A stretch of 64,000 nucleotides of DNA from an uncultured Lachnoanaerobaculum sp. (lineage in GTDB: Bacteria > Bacillota > Clostridia > Lachnospirales > Lachnospiraceae). The DNA is taken from positions 411,026-475,025 of the forward strand of contig CAKAHN010000001.1 of NCBI GenBank assembly GCA_916439105.1, in the 5' to 3' direction. A model generated the notes under the pieces. The model searched no databases and was not told the DNA's origin. It saw only the letters and a program-made list of their open reading frames with translations. Shown here in pieces: positions 41,567 through 53,139 of this stretch. The translations under genes were made by a program, and so were the position numbers. Each line of letters starts with the position of its first letter. Position 1 is the stretch's first letter.

Positions 41567-42771
41567 TTATTTTTTAGTCAGTCTGTAAGTGTCTCTTGCT
41601 ATAGCCAACTCCTCATTTGTAGGCATCAACATAATCTTGATCTTTGAATCAGGTGTTGAAATCATAGTTCTCTTACCACGAACATTGTTTACCTCAGGAT
41701 CAACCTTTGCGCCTAAGAATGCAAAGTTGTCACCAACAATCTGTCTTGTAACCTTATCGTTCTCACCGACACCGGCTGTGAAGCAAAGAGCATCAACTCC
41801 ACCCATAACAGCTATATAAGCACCAACATACTTAATAATTCTGTATCTGAATGCCTCAAGTGCAACTTTTGCAAGATTGTTTCCGTCAGCTTCAGCGTTT
41901 TCAATATCTCTAAAGTCTGATGATACTCCACCACTCATTCCAAGAACACCCGACTTCTTATTGAGGATATCAAGCACCTCATCTACACTCTTATTCTCTT
42001 TGTTGCAGATATACTGTACTATAGCAGGATCCACGTCTCCTGATCTTGTACCCATGATAAGTCCTTCAAGAGGTGTAAGACCCATTGATGAATCTACGCA
42101 CTTACAACCTACAGATGCTGATATTGATGCACCGTTTCCAAGGTGACATACTATAACTCTTGCTGTATCCTTGTCAAGACCTGCAAACTTGATTGCCTCC
42201 TGTGCTACATACATATGGCTTGTACCGTGGAATCCATATCTTCTGATATGATAATTCTCATAGTACTCGTGTGGAATAGCATACTTATATGCCTTCTCAG
42301 GCATACTCATACCGAATGATGTATCAAATGCAGCTACATTAGGAACACCCGGCATTGCCTTTTCTACAGCTTCAATACCCATAAGGTTTGCAGGGTTGTG
42401 AAGTGGTGCAAGGTCTGCGTACTTCTCAATATCCTTCTTCACCTCATCTGTAACAACTACAGATTCAGGATACTTTACTCCACCCTGTACTACTCTGTGT
42501 CCGATAGCATATATCTCACTTGCATCCTTTATTACACCATGCTCCTTATCTGTAAGAGCCTCAAGTACCAAAGCTATAGCTTCTGTGTGATTCTTTACAT
42601 CTTTTTCAATCTTGAACTTCTCTCTTCCGATAGGCTCATGTGTAAGCTTTGATCCCGGAATTGCGATTCTCTCAAACAATCCCTTTGCCAATGCCTCTTC
42701 ATTTTCCATGTTAATAAGCTGATACTTTAATGATGAACTACCACAATTTATAACCAATACGTTTTTTTCAT
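41567..42771 (-). CDS. ackA: Acetate kinase (A-run frameshift just after the start codon)
   Basis: INCGSSSLKYQL, LAPLHNP, RRYGFHGTSH, HLGNGAS, TNEE. Confidence 0.97.
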
Positions 42772-42795
42772 AAGAAACTCCACCTCTTCTTTAAA

Positions 42796-43799
42796 TTATT
42801 TGTCTTCTCCGGCAGCTTGAATTGCTGTGATTGCTACTACACCCCTACTATATCTTCATAGAACATCCTCTTGAAAGATCGTTTACAGGCTTTGCAATAC
42901 CCTGACACATAGGTCCGTAAGCATTTGCCTTTGCAAGTCTTTGAACAAGCTTATATCCGATATTTGCCGCATCAAGATCAGGGAATACGAGTACATTTGC
43001 ATGTCCTGCTACCTTTGAACCCGGTGCCTTGCTCTCTCCTACTTCAGGAACAAGCGCCGCATCAAGCTGAAGCTCACCGTCAAGGCAAAGATCAGGTGCA
43101 AGCTCTTTTGCTATTCTTGTAGCTTCAACTACTTTTGTAACATCATCATGCTTTGCACTTCCCTTTGATGAATGACTTAGCATTGCGACTCTTGGCTCTT
43201 TTCCTACGAGGAACTTAAAGCTTTCTGCTGATGAAAGTGCAATAGATGCAAGCTTTTCAGGATCAGGATTCTGCTCTATAGAACAGTCTGCAAATACAAA
43301 TACACCGTTCTCACCGAATTCGCAGTTTGGAACTTCCATTACAAAGAATCCTGAAACAAGTTTTACACTCGGCTTAGTCTTTTATTATCTGTAACGCAGG
43401 TCTTAGTGTATTAGCTGTTGAATGACAAGCACTGCTTACAGGTCCGTCTGCATCTCCGCGCCTTGAGCATAAGACATCCATAAGTAGTATAGTCCTTAAC
43501 ATTTGCTTTCTTGCTTCTTCATGAGTAAGTCCCTTTGACTTTCTAAGCTCTACAAAAAGGTCCTCATATTCTTTTGTTTTCTCATAAGTATTTGGATCGA
43601 TTATTGTTGCTCCCGTGATATCACAACCTTTAGAATTCTCTTCTACTTCCTGTGGAGTACCTATTATTATTAGGTCTGCCAAACCATCTTTCAGAATCAC
43701 CTCAGCAGCCTGATAGATTCTCTTATCCATTGACTCAGGTAAGATTATGGTTTTTTTACTCTCTTTTGCACGTTTCTTTAGTTGATCCATCATTGACAT
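42796..43799 (-). CDS. pta: Phosphate acetyltransferase (several frameshifts)
   Basis: IILPES, HSTANTLRPALQII, FADC, DGELQLDAA, PVNDLSRGC. Confidence 0.95.
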
Positions 43800-43971
43800 A
43801 TGACATATCCCTTTCCATTCTTACAGCATATAGCTAAATTTATATATTGCGCTTGTTTGCACATAAAAAACTCATATGAGCTCATATATATAATAGTATA
43901 GTAGCAACAATACAAGCACTATGATGGGTTAATAAAATAACAAAAATGTCTAAAAATAAGTACAATCTTTC

Positions 43972-44624
43972 TTATTCATTATTCTCATCAATATATTTAT
44001 CAAATATCATATTGAACTGACTTGCCTGGAATAGTGAGAATTCCCAGACCCAGTACAAATATAAGCATAGACATCACTCCGGGCATTCTCATGATCAAAA
44101 TATATACAGCCACAAGTATCAAAACACTTCCTGCCAGTATTATTATCGTTCTTATAAGATGCTTTACAGACATAAACAGTGCCAGTTTAAATGTCTGCTT
44201 TATAGGATTGATAAATTTTGCCTGTATAGGAAATATGTATGTGAATATAAATAACCAAAGCAGTATTAAAAAACAGGTGATAGTGAATACGATCATTTTC
44301 AACACAGTATTATCCATAGGTGAATAGAAACTGAAAAATCTTATATCAAATAAAAGAATTCCACCCACAAATGCCATTATCACCCAGATAATTTGTCGAC
44401 TGCAAAAGATTATCCTTGAAACTGTGAAAGAACATTGATAATACTCCACCACTGTCACGATCTCTTGCTATCTTCATTGTGCAATAATACATTGCAGTAG
44501 TTGATGCTCCAAATGTCACTATAGGAATTGAGCATAATACCCACAATAAATTCAGTATAAACAAATCCCATATTCTTCCTACAAATCTCCATATAGGATT
44601 GTCATAATTAAATAGTCCGCCCAT
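43972..44624 (-). CDS. YesL/DUF624 family membrane protein (frameshifts near 44400 and 44020)
   Basis: LNLLWVLCSIPIVTFGASTTAMY motif. Confidence 0.85.
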
Positions 44625-44672
44625 ATATTTCTCCTTGTTATAGTTATGTTAAAACAGGTAATTTAAAAACCT

Positions 44673-44711
44673 TCTTGGATACAAGTATTTATCTCAATCT
44701 TGGATACAAGT
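44673..44711. promoter_or_regulatory. Duplicated 14-bp near-palindrome TCTTGGATACAAGT, putative GntR/FadR operator
   Basis: Exact copies at 44673-44686 and 44698-44711; partial copy GTGCATACAAG at 44787-44797; located in a divergent promoter region. Confidence 0.7.
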
Positions 44712-44809
44712 TTTTTGATTGACTTATTAAAAATCTCTGTTATATCATGGTCTTATAAGCCAGTTAATCATAGCATAAAATAATGTGTGCATACAAGGTT
44801 AATTTATAC

Positions 44810-45500
44810 ATGAAAGGGGGCATATAAGTATTTCTACCATTCAAAATATATATTCGGAAATAGAAAATGATATATTGATGCTTTAAACTTAAGCCCGGGC
44901 AACTTATAAGCGAAAACAGTCTTTGCACTAAATATAATGTTTCAAGGACACCCTATACGCTCTGTACTTTCAAGACTTGCAGGCTCAGGACTTGTCGATA
45001 TCGTGCCAAAGAGCGGTTCAAGAGTATCCATGATCAATATGGAAATGGTTAAACAAATCATATATGAACGATTTGCACTGGAAAGTATGGTACTAAAAGA
45101 TTACATAGCTATTGCTACAGACAGTGATTTAGAAAAACTTGAAAAGACTGTTATCCGGCTGACTAAAAGCTATGAAAATACCAAAAGCTTTAAACCTGAT
45201 AAATTCAAAGCGATAGATCTGTCCATGCATGAATTATGGTATAAGAAAACCGAGCATACCTATCTGTGGGAGCAGATAAGAAAATCCGATTCCAATTACA
45301 CAAGGTTTTGCATGTTGGATATGCTGGAATGTGAAAATTATGAGCATGTAATTCTTGAGCACAGACAGATGTATGAGGTGATCAAAAACAGAGATACCTC
45401 TAAAATAGAGGAAATAGTTAAAAAGCATCTTTATGGCGGTATTGAGAGAATCAATGCGGCTTTCAGTAATAAATTTGATGAAATGTTTATAGCATATTAA
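44810..45500 (+). CDS. GntR (FadR/FCD) family transcriptional regulator; 5' part frameshifted and start uncertain
   Basis: Across frames: IENDILM..LKPG..LISENSLCTKYNVSRTP.RSVLSRL...VPKSGSRV; FCD-like C-terminus (EHRQMYEVI...HL). Confidence 0.85.
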
Positions 45501-45512
45501 AAGGAGGGTTTT

Positions 45513-46356
45513 ATGGACATTCGTTATTCAGCAAACCAAAGAGACTTTAAATTTTACACCACAGATGAGATAAGAGATGAATTCCTTATTCAGGACCTTT
45601 ATCAGGAAGATAAGGTAGTTGCCGTATATTCACATGTGGACAGAATGGTAACTTTAGGATGTATGCCTGTAAATGAGACCGTTTCCATAGATAAGGGAAT
45701 TGATATATGGTCAAACTTCGGTACAAAGTATTTCCTTGAAAGAAGGGAAATCGGTATTTTCAATATAGGAGGCAAGGGCGAAATAGTTGCGGACGATGAA
45801 GTCTTTACACTTGACTATAAAGATTGTCTCTACATTACAAAGGGCACAAAGAATGTTACATTCAGAAGTTTTGATAAGAGCAATCCTGCAAAGTTTTATA
45901 TGGTAAGTGCTCCGGCACATATTTCATATAAGACTAAATTCATATCAATAAATGATGCGGCTAAAAAGCCTCTTGGGGATAATAAGACTTCAAATAAGAG
46001 AGTTATCAACCAGTTTATTCATCCTGATGTGCTTCAAACTGCGCAGCTTTCAATGGGTATGACAGTTCTTGATGAGGGTAATGTATGGAAATACCATGCC
46101 TGCACATACTCATGAAAGAAGAATGGAAGTATATATGTACTTTGAAGTTCCAAAGGACAATGTTATCTTCCATCTTATGGGCGAGCCTAATGAAACAAGA
46201 CATATTGTAATGCACAATGAAGAAGCCGTTATTTCACCTTCTTGGAGTATACATTCGGCAGCAGGTACATCAAACTATACCTTTATATGGGCAATGGGTG
46301 GCGAAAATCAGGCATTTGATGATATGGATGTTATAAAGAATGAGGATTTGAGATAA
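45513..46356 (+). CDS. kduI: 5-dehydro-4-deoxy-D-glucuronate isomerase (frameshift near 46090)
   Basis: [37 protein letters not shown]. Confidence 0.96.
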
Positions 46357-47161
46357 TGGAAAATATTTTAAACAGCTTTAGACTTGACGGAAAAATCGCA
46401 CTTGTTACAGGTGCATCTCATGGCATAGGCTTTGCAATGGCAAAGGCACTTTCAGATGCCGGTGCTAAGTTAATATTTAACAGCAGTTCAGAGGATGGAC
46501 TTAAAAAAGGTCTTGAAGCATATAAAAAAGAAAATATTGATGTAAAAGGCTATGTATGTGATGTAACCAATGAGGACGATGTAAAGAAGATGTTGGCCGA
46601 TATTGAAAAGAATATCGGTGAAATCGATATTTTAATAAATAATGCCGGAATTATAAAGAGAATTCCTATGACAGATATGAGCGTGGATGAGTTTAATTCA
46701 GTTATAGATGTGGACCTTATCGCACCTTTTATTATGGCAAAGGCTGTTTTACCAAGTATGGTAAAAAGAAGAAGCGGCAAGATCATAAACATCTGCTCCA
46801 TGATGAGTGAGCTTGGAAGAGAAACTGTAAGTGCCTATGCTGCCGCAAAGGGCGGTTTAAAGATGCTCACAAAAAACATTGCTTCTGAATACGGTCAGTA
46901 CAATATTCAGTGTAACAGCATAGGCCCTCGGATATATTGCAACCTCACAGACTGCACCTCTTCGTGAAAAAGCAGCCTGACGGAAGCAAACATCCTTTTG
47001 ATTCTTTTATACTTGCAAAGACACCTGCAAACAGATGGGGAGATCCTGCTGACCTTGCAGGACCTGTAGTATTCCTCTCATCATCCGCATCAGACTTTGT
47101 AAACGGACATATACTCTATGTGGACGGCGGAATACTTCTTATATAGGAAAAACAACCTTAA
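46356..47161 (+). CDS. SDR: gluconate 5-dehydrogenase / KduD-like (frameshifts near 46930 and 47140)
   Basis: [31 protein letters not shown]; overlaps the kduI stop codon. Confidence 0.92.
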
Positions 47162-47169
47162 AATGGGGT

Positions 47170-47194
47170 GGGGCTGCCAATAATGACAGCCCCC
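47170..47194 (+). terminator. Terminator hairpin
   Basis: GGGGCTGCCA-ATAA-TGACAGCCCC. Confidence 0.7.
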
Positions 47195-47312
47195 TTATTA
47201 TTTAAATTAATTATAGATTATATTAAATAAAACCGCATATTTTTATAAGTATAATGATTTGTAACACTATACTTATAATCCCAATAATCATTCTAAAAAT
47301 CAATGTATTTTT

Positions 47313-47501
47313 TTACTTAAATCTTTCCCTAAAATAATCGATTTTTATTGAATCATACGCTACAGAAACAGAATACAATTCAACTGCCAGCATGGTAATA
47401 TTATCCCTCATATTTGATGTATCTATGAAAAATATAGCTATATTGAGAATAAAGATTATGACCCATAGTATACTTAATAATATATTAGCTTCTCTTTTCA
47501 T
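47313..47501 (-). CDS. Small hypothetical membrane protein
   Basis: 62 aa, hydrophobic; AAGGGG RBS; follows the permease. Confidence 0.5.
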   Translation of the reverse strand: MKREANILLSILWVIIFILNIAIFFIDTSNMRDNITMLAVELYSVSVAYDSIKIDYFRERFK

Positions 47502-47538
47502 AAACTTAATACCCCTTCACAAGATCCAATATAATATA

Positions 47539-49734
47539 TTACTTTACTTTTATTATATCAGGTATATTTCCCTTTTTAAACCCATATGAATTGTAGCCTC
47601 TGTAAGCCGAACTTTCTAAATTTCCGGTATTGATAATTGCTGCATAATTTCGATCCTCATTCAGATTTTCCTTATAAGGACTGTCACAAATAACCAGTTT
47701 ATCTAAAATATCTTCTATATCCTTTTTATTTGTAAAGGTCTTCACAGTAGTCGCGCCTGTATAAGACCCCGATACTTCGTCATTATCATCTAGGTCAATA
47801 TTTTCCCAATTATTATAAGACACATCTATACTTTCCACATACTCTGTCGGGAACTTATATATAACCTCGACATCCATCTCCTTTAATAAAGCCAAAGTCT
47901 CCTTAAACTCCGGATATATCGGATAAAATCCTACGGACTCCAGCGAATTTGCATATACATTCTCCCATTTGGAATTGACAGCAGTTGTGCTGTCACTTGT
48001 AAAATTAAATCCGGCATACTTTCTTAAAGCATCTTCCATAAACTCATTATTAAATCTTATAGATGCAAAAGGATAGCTTTTTAATTTTGTTTCATAATCA
48101 AGATTCATCAACTCCTTCTTATAAGTTTCCACAAACTTTTTCTTCATCTCATCATCATGAAACACAATATGAGTATCATTATCCATTATACCGTTAAAAT
48201 CCACACTTACTATGTTCTCAGGACTTTCCGAGAGTATAGGATAGCTGCTTTTTTTGTAGCTTTCATCAGCATAAACACTTGAAAGTCCTGAGGTACTTTG
48301 ATCTAAATCCACATAATAAACTCTGCCTACAGTTCTCCCGTTTTTAAGCTTATATGAGATTAGAACTTTGTCAAAATTTCCATACATCTCCAAATCATAT
48401 TTTGCTGCTTCTATGCCCTGCCTGGCTAACTCCAATACTGCATCTTTATTTTGTATGTCCATTTTATTTATCTGATCGGCTTCTATCTTACTGTCGCTTG
48501 CATAGTCCACATCAACAAATGAGTCGTTATAATATCCGTCCGAAATCTCAACCTTATTATAATACTGTTCGGAATTGCTCTCCAAAAGATTTGATATCAC
48601 CGCTGTGCTCTTTATCTGTGAAGCACTCGGAATATAGCTGTCATATCCGAATATATCAAACTGAAAAGCTGCCGCTATAAATATTGAAATTATTATAAGC
48701 ACAAGTAATTCAATCTTTTTTGCAAAAATCTTTTTAAAATCCTGATTGTATATGATTTCCATTACACAATGAGTAATAGCTCCGCTAACTATAAGTCCGA
48801 AAAGTCCCCAGCCAATGCTGTCATTCATTACTTCATATCCCAAAAGATACATAAGTATACTCATAAAGATAACCATCATGGACTTTATAGGCAGCTTTAT
48901 CACATTAAAGCTGACACTTTTACCTGCCGCCTCTGAGGCTCTTTTCTTATATAGGAAAAGATTTATAAAAAGGAATGCTGTGCTTGCAAGTATTACTATT
49001 ATAATTCTTGTAAGCCATTTAAGTTCAAATATATTAAACATCAGCATAAAGCTTGACATATTCGGCAGGACATTTTCAATAATAAATCCTGATGTGTAGT
49101 AAGTATCAAAGAATGTACTTTGATATCCCTTCAACACCAATGAAATTAAAGGAAAATAGAAGCTGAAAAATCCGCAGGCCAATATTCCTATAAGCATATT
49201 TCCTGTCAGCATTATTGAAAATACTGTCAGAAAATAACTCATTATAAATAATAATGTCCACTCTGCTATAGACCACAATGCCGATGTGATTACAATTATT
49301 TCACCGGTATTTGCAAGTATCAAAAGACTTGCCACTATTTCACAGATAATAAACGGTATAAGAACTATAAGTATTCCGTTTATTATCTTAATAAAATAAA
49401 GCACCTCTTTTTCACCGGCAAACTGTGATACATATCTACCTTCTTTTTGGAATAGAGATATGAAAAATCCTGACATTGCCATAACCAGAGCCAATACTAT
49501 AAATATCATTCCAAAAAAAGGATTTTTAACATCTATATAGGAAATAAAGTTTAATGCCAAATCATCACTATAAGAGTATGCGCTACTTTCATATAAATTA
49601 AAACTTATCATCATAGCGGTTGCTACGATAAGTGAAAAGAAAAATATAAGAATACTGATTGCCAAAGTCCAAACTCTTGTTTTAAAGTCCTCTTTCATCA
49701 ATTTAAAAAATAAGCTTTTTGATGTCATATCCAT
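47539..49734 (-). CDS. ABC transporter permease with a large C-terminal extracellular domain (DUF6449-like)
   Basis: Many TM helices, KKRASEAAG, FDIFGYDSYIP; a probable pair of compensating frameshifts near 49410-49470. Confidence 0.85.
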   Translation of the reverse strand: MDMTSKSLFFKLMKEDFKTRVWTLAISILIFFFSLIVATAMMISFNLYESSAYSYSDDLALNFISYIDVKNPFFGMIFIVLALVMAMSGFFISLFQKEGRYVSQFAGEKEVLYFIKIINGILIVLIPFIICEIVASLLILANTGEIIVITSALWSIAEWTLLFIMSYFLTVFSIMLTGNMLIGILACGFFSFYFPLISLVLKGYQSTFFDTYYTSGFIIENVLPNMSSFMLMFNIFELKWLTRIIIVILASTAFLFINLFLYKKRASEAAGKSVSFNVIKLPIKSMMVIFMSILMYLLGYEVMNDSIGWGLFGLIVSGAITHCVMEIIYNQDFKKIFAKKIELLVLIIISIFIAAAFQFDIFGYDSYIPSASQIKSTAVISNLLESNSEQYYNKVEISDGYYNDSFVDVDYASDSKIEADQINKMDIQNKDAVLELARQGIEAAKYDLEMYGNFDKVLISYKLKNGRTVGRVYYVDLDQSTSGLSSVYADESYKKSSYPILSESPENIVSVDFNGIMDNDTHIVFHDDEMKKKFVETYKKELMNLDYETKLKSYPFASIRFNNEFMEDALRKYAGFNFTSDSTTAVNSKWENVYANSLESVGFYPIYPEFKETLALLKEMDVEVIYKFPTEYVESIDVSYNNWENIDLDDNDEVSGSYTGATTVKTFTNKKDIEDILDKLVICDSPYKENLNEDRNYAAIINTGNLESSAYRGYNSYGFKKGNIPDIIKVK

Positions 49735-50602
49735 ACACCTCCGTTTCACTTATAAATATCTCCTCAAGACTGAGTCCCATCATCTCATAAAATACAGGGG
49801 CAAAGGACTCCATTTTCTCTCTTATATCCTCCTCACTTCCCTTTATCGTAATTGTGTGTACTCTACCGCTGTTTTTAACCTGCATAATATCAAGCTCTTT
49901 AAGTCTTTCCATATCAAAGTCTTTTTCGAATACACATTGCACCTTATGGATATTCAACTTCATATCAGAAACATCCTTTGATAAAAGTATTCCACCTTTA
50001 TGCAAAAGTCCAACATGATCACATATATCCTCAAGCTCTCTGAGATTGTGTGACGCTATTATAGGTGTAAGTCCTCTCTCATCCATCTCCTTTGCAAAAA
50101 GACTCTTTACCGCCTGCCTCATTACAGGGTCTAGTCCGTCAAATGTCTCGTCGCAGAGCAGATATCTGGTGTTTGCGGCTACTCCTATTGCAATACAGAG
50201 TTGCTTTTTCATACCCTTTGAAAAAGTATTTACCTTTCTGTTGATATCCAGATCAAGGGCCTTCAAAATATCTTCACATTTCTTAACATCAAAGTTTCTG
50301 TATACAGATGTATAAAACTTTATTATTTCTTTCGGTGTGGTATTTGAAAAGAAAAACTGGTCATCTGAAATATAGAAAAACTTTTCTTTTGCCATTATAT
50401 TTTCAAACACATTTTCATCGTCTATAAGTATCTCACCGCTGTCAGGTTTTAGTATTCCGGCAAGTACTTTTAAAAATGTACTTTTTCCCGCACCGTTGGT
50501 ACCTATAAGTCCGAATACATCTCCGTCTCTTATGCTTGCATTGATATTGTCAAGCGCCTTTATATTGTCAAAACTCTTACTAAGATTCTTTGCCTCTATC
50601 AT
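49703..50602 (-). CDS. ABC transporter ATP-binding protein (YtrB-like)
   Basis: GTNGAGKST, FSKGMKKQ, LLCDETFDGLD. Confidence 0.94.
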   Translation of the reverse strand: MIEAKNLSKSFDNIKALDNINASIRDGDVFGLIGTNGAGKSTFLKVLAGILKPDSGEILIDDENVFENIMAKEKFFYISDDQFFFSNTTPKEIIKFYTSVYRNFDVKKCEDILKALDLDINRKVNTFSKGMKKQLCIAIGVAANTRYLLCDETFDGLDPVMRQAVKSLFAKEMDERGLTPIIASHNLRELEDICDHVGLLHKGGILLSKDVSDMKLNIHKVQCVFEKDFDMERLKELDIMQVKNSGRVHTITIKGSEEDIREKMESFAPVFYEMMGLSLEEIFISETEVYGYDIKKLIF

Positions 50603-50979
50603 GCTCCCTCCTTCGCTTTATGTTCCGGATAAAACTCTTCCACTTTTTTACAAAATTCTTCCTTAGTTATTATCTTTCTTGATTTGTCTACAAGTTCTTC
50701 AAGCTCTTTGTATATGATGCTTTTCTTGTTTTCCTTTATAACATCCATATCAGCCACAAAACTTCCTACACCTTTTACGCTGTATACATAGCCTTGGCGC
50801 TCCAACTCGATATATGCCTTTTGTATAGTATTAGGATTTATCGAGAGGTCTACGGCAAGACTTCGTACAGACGGAAGCTTATCTCCGGGCTCAAGTGCCC
50901 CGATAAGCATAAGATCCGAAAGCCTGTCCACCACCTGTTCGTAGATGGCTCTCTTATCTCTTGAGTCAATTACAATCAT
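50599..50979 (-). CDS. GntR family regulator, YtrA subfamily
   Basis: LPSVRSLAVDLSINPNTIQKAYIELE; short C-terminus; precedes ABC genes. Confidence 0.94.
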   Translation of the reverse strand: MIVIDSRDKRAIYEQVVDRLSDLMLIGALEPGDKLPSVRSLAVDLSINPNTIQKAYIELERQGYVYSVKGVGSFVADMDVIKENKKSIIYKELEELVDKSRKIITKEEFCKKVEEFYPEHKAKEGA

Positions 50980-50991
50980 AGATTTCTCCTT

Positions 50992-51022
50992 TTAACTGTA
51001 TTATCTATCATAGTACAGTTAA
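50992..51022. promoter_or_regulatory. YtrA-type palindromic operator
   Basis: TTAACTGTATTA-TCTATCA-TAGTACAGTTAA, immediately upstream of the regulator's RBS. Confidence 0.8.
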
Positions 51023-51133
51023 TATAGCATCTTTATCGTCATATTTCAATAGCAATTCTGATTTTTTCTCTATGGAAAATCAAATTAAATAGTGTTATAA
51101 TAGATATTTGTAAATTTTTATGAGGAAGAATAT

Positions 51134-52968
51134 ATGATAACAAAAAGAGAAGATATAAGAAATATTGCCATTATCGCCCATGTAGACCACGGTAAAACTA
51201 CATTGGTCGATCAGCTCTTAAAACAAAGCGGTGTTTTCAGGGCAAATCAGGAAGTGGCTGAAAGAGTAATGGACTCAAATGATATAGAAAGAGAAAGAGG
51301 AATCACCATCCTTGCAAAAAATACCGCCGTGCACTATGGTGCTACTAAAATTAATATTATAGATACACCGGGACATGCGGACTTCGGTGGAGAGGTAGAG
51401 CGTGTTCTTAAGATGGTAAACGGTGTTGTTTTAGTTGTAGACGCCTATGAAGGTGCAATGCCACAGACAAAGTTCGTTCTTAGAAAAGCTCTTGAGCTTG
51501 ACCTTGAAGTGCTCTGCCTTGTGAATAAATGTGACAGAGAAGAGGCAAGACCTGAGGAAGTAGTGGATGAGATTCTGGAACTTTTGCTTGATCTTGATGC
51601 CAATGAGCATCAGCTTGACTGTCCTTTCCTATTTGCAAGTGCAAGAGGTGGCTGGGCAAGATACAATGTAAATGACACCAATGAAGATATGAAGCCTTTA
51701 TTTGAAACTATAATCAAACATATACCTGCACCTACAGGTGATGAAGAGGCGGATCCTCAGGTGCTTATCAGTACTATCGACTACAATGAATATATAGGAA
51801 GAATCGGTGTAGGTAAGGTTGATAACGGTATTATCAAGTAAATCAGGAAATAGCTTTGGTAAATCACCATGATCCTGATAAGATGAAAAAAGTAAAAATA
51901 GGTAAGCTTTACGAATATGAGGGCTTAAACAGGGTAGAGGTAAATGAAGCAAGAATAGGTTCAATTGTAGCCATCTCAGGTATTCCCGATATTCATATAG
52001 GTGATACTCTAACTTCTGTTGAAAACCCTGAAGCTATACCTTTCCAGAAGATCTCAGAGCCTACCATCTCTATGAACTTTATGGTAAACGACTCTCCTCT
52101 TGCAGGTAGAGAAGGAAAATATATTACTTCAAGACATTTGCGTGAAAGATTGTTTAGAGAGTTAAATACTGATGTCAGCCTTAGAGTGGAGGAAACAGAG
52201 TCTCCTGATTGCTTTAAGGTATCCGGTAGAGGTGAGCTCCATCTTTCAGTTCTTATAGAAAATATGAGAAGAGAAGGTTTTGAGTTTGCTGTAAGTAAGG
52301 CTGAGGTTATCTATCGTTATGATGAGAGAAACCAAAAGCAGGAGCCTATGGAGCTTGCATTTGTAGATGTTCCTGACGAGTTCTCAGGTGCCGTTATTCA
52401 AAAGCTTACATCAAGAAAGGGTGAGCTTCAAGGAATGAGCCCTACACATGGAGGATATACAAGACTTCAGTTCCTTATTCCTTCCCGTGGCCTCATAGGT
52501 TACAGAGGCGAGTTTATGACCGACACCAAGGGAAACGGTATTCTCAATACAGAGTTTGAAGGCTATGCACCATATAAGGGTGATATGTTCTATAGAAAGA
52601 CCGGTTCTCTTATCGCATTTGAAAGCGGTGAGTCTATCACCTACGGACTTTTCAATGCACAGGAGCGTGGTACTCTATTTATCGGCCCCGGAGAAAAGGT
52701 ATATGCAGGTATGGTTATCGGTAAAAACGGTAAGGCGGAGGATGTTGAAATCAATGTATGTAAGACAAAGAAACTTACAAACACAAGATCTTCATCTGCA
52801 GATGAAGCACTCAGACTTGTTACGCCGAAAGTGATGAGCCTTGAAGAGTCCCTTGAGTTCATAGATACTGATGAGCTTTTAGAGGTTACACCTGAAAACC
52901 TCCGTATCAGAAAGAAGATCCTTGATCCTACACTTAGAAAGCGTTCTATGATTAAGTCAAAGCAATAG
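51134..52968 (+). CDS. typA: Translational GTPase TypA/BipA (frameshift near 51838)
   Basis: [49 protein letters not shown]. Confidence 0.97.
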
Positions 52969-52973
52969 TATAT

Positions 52974-53003
52974 AAAGGTATCCGCTTATGGATACCTTTT
53001 TTT
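52974..53003 (+). terminator. typA terminator
   Basis: AAAGGTATCC-GCTTAT-GGATACCTTTTTTT. Confidence 0.88.
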
Positions 53004-53139
53004 ACTTATTAATAAAAAGCTTATAAAAAAATAAAAGATTAATTAAAGCTGATAGCCTATATCTCATTAATGATGTATAATCTATTTCAAGGACAAAATC
53101 TCCTTATTATTTTTGTAAATTTATTTTGAAAAGAGAAAA

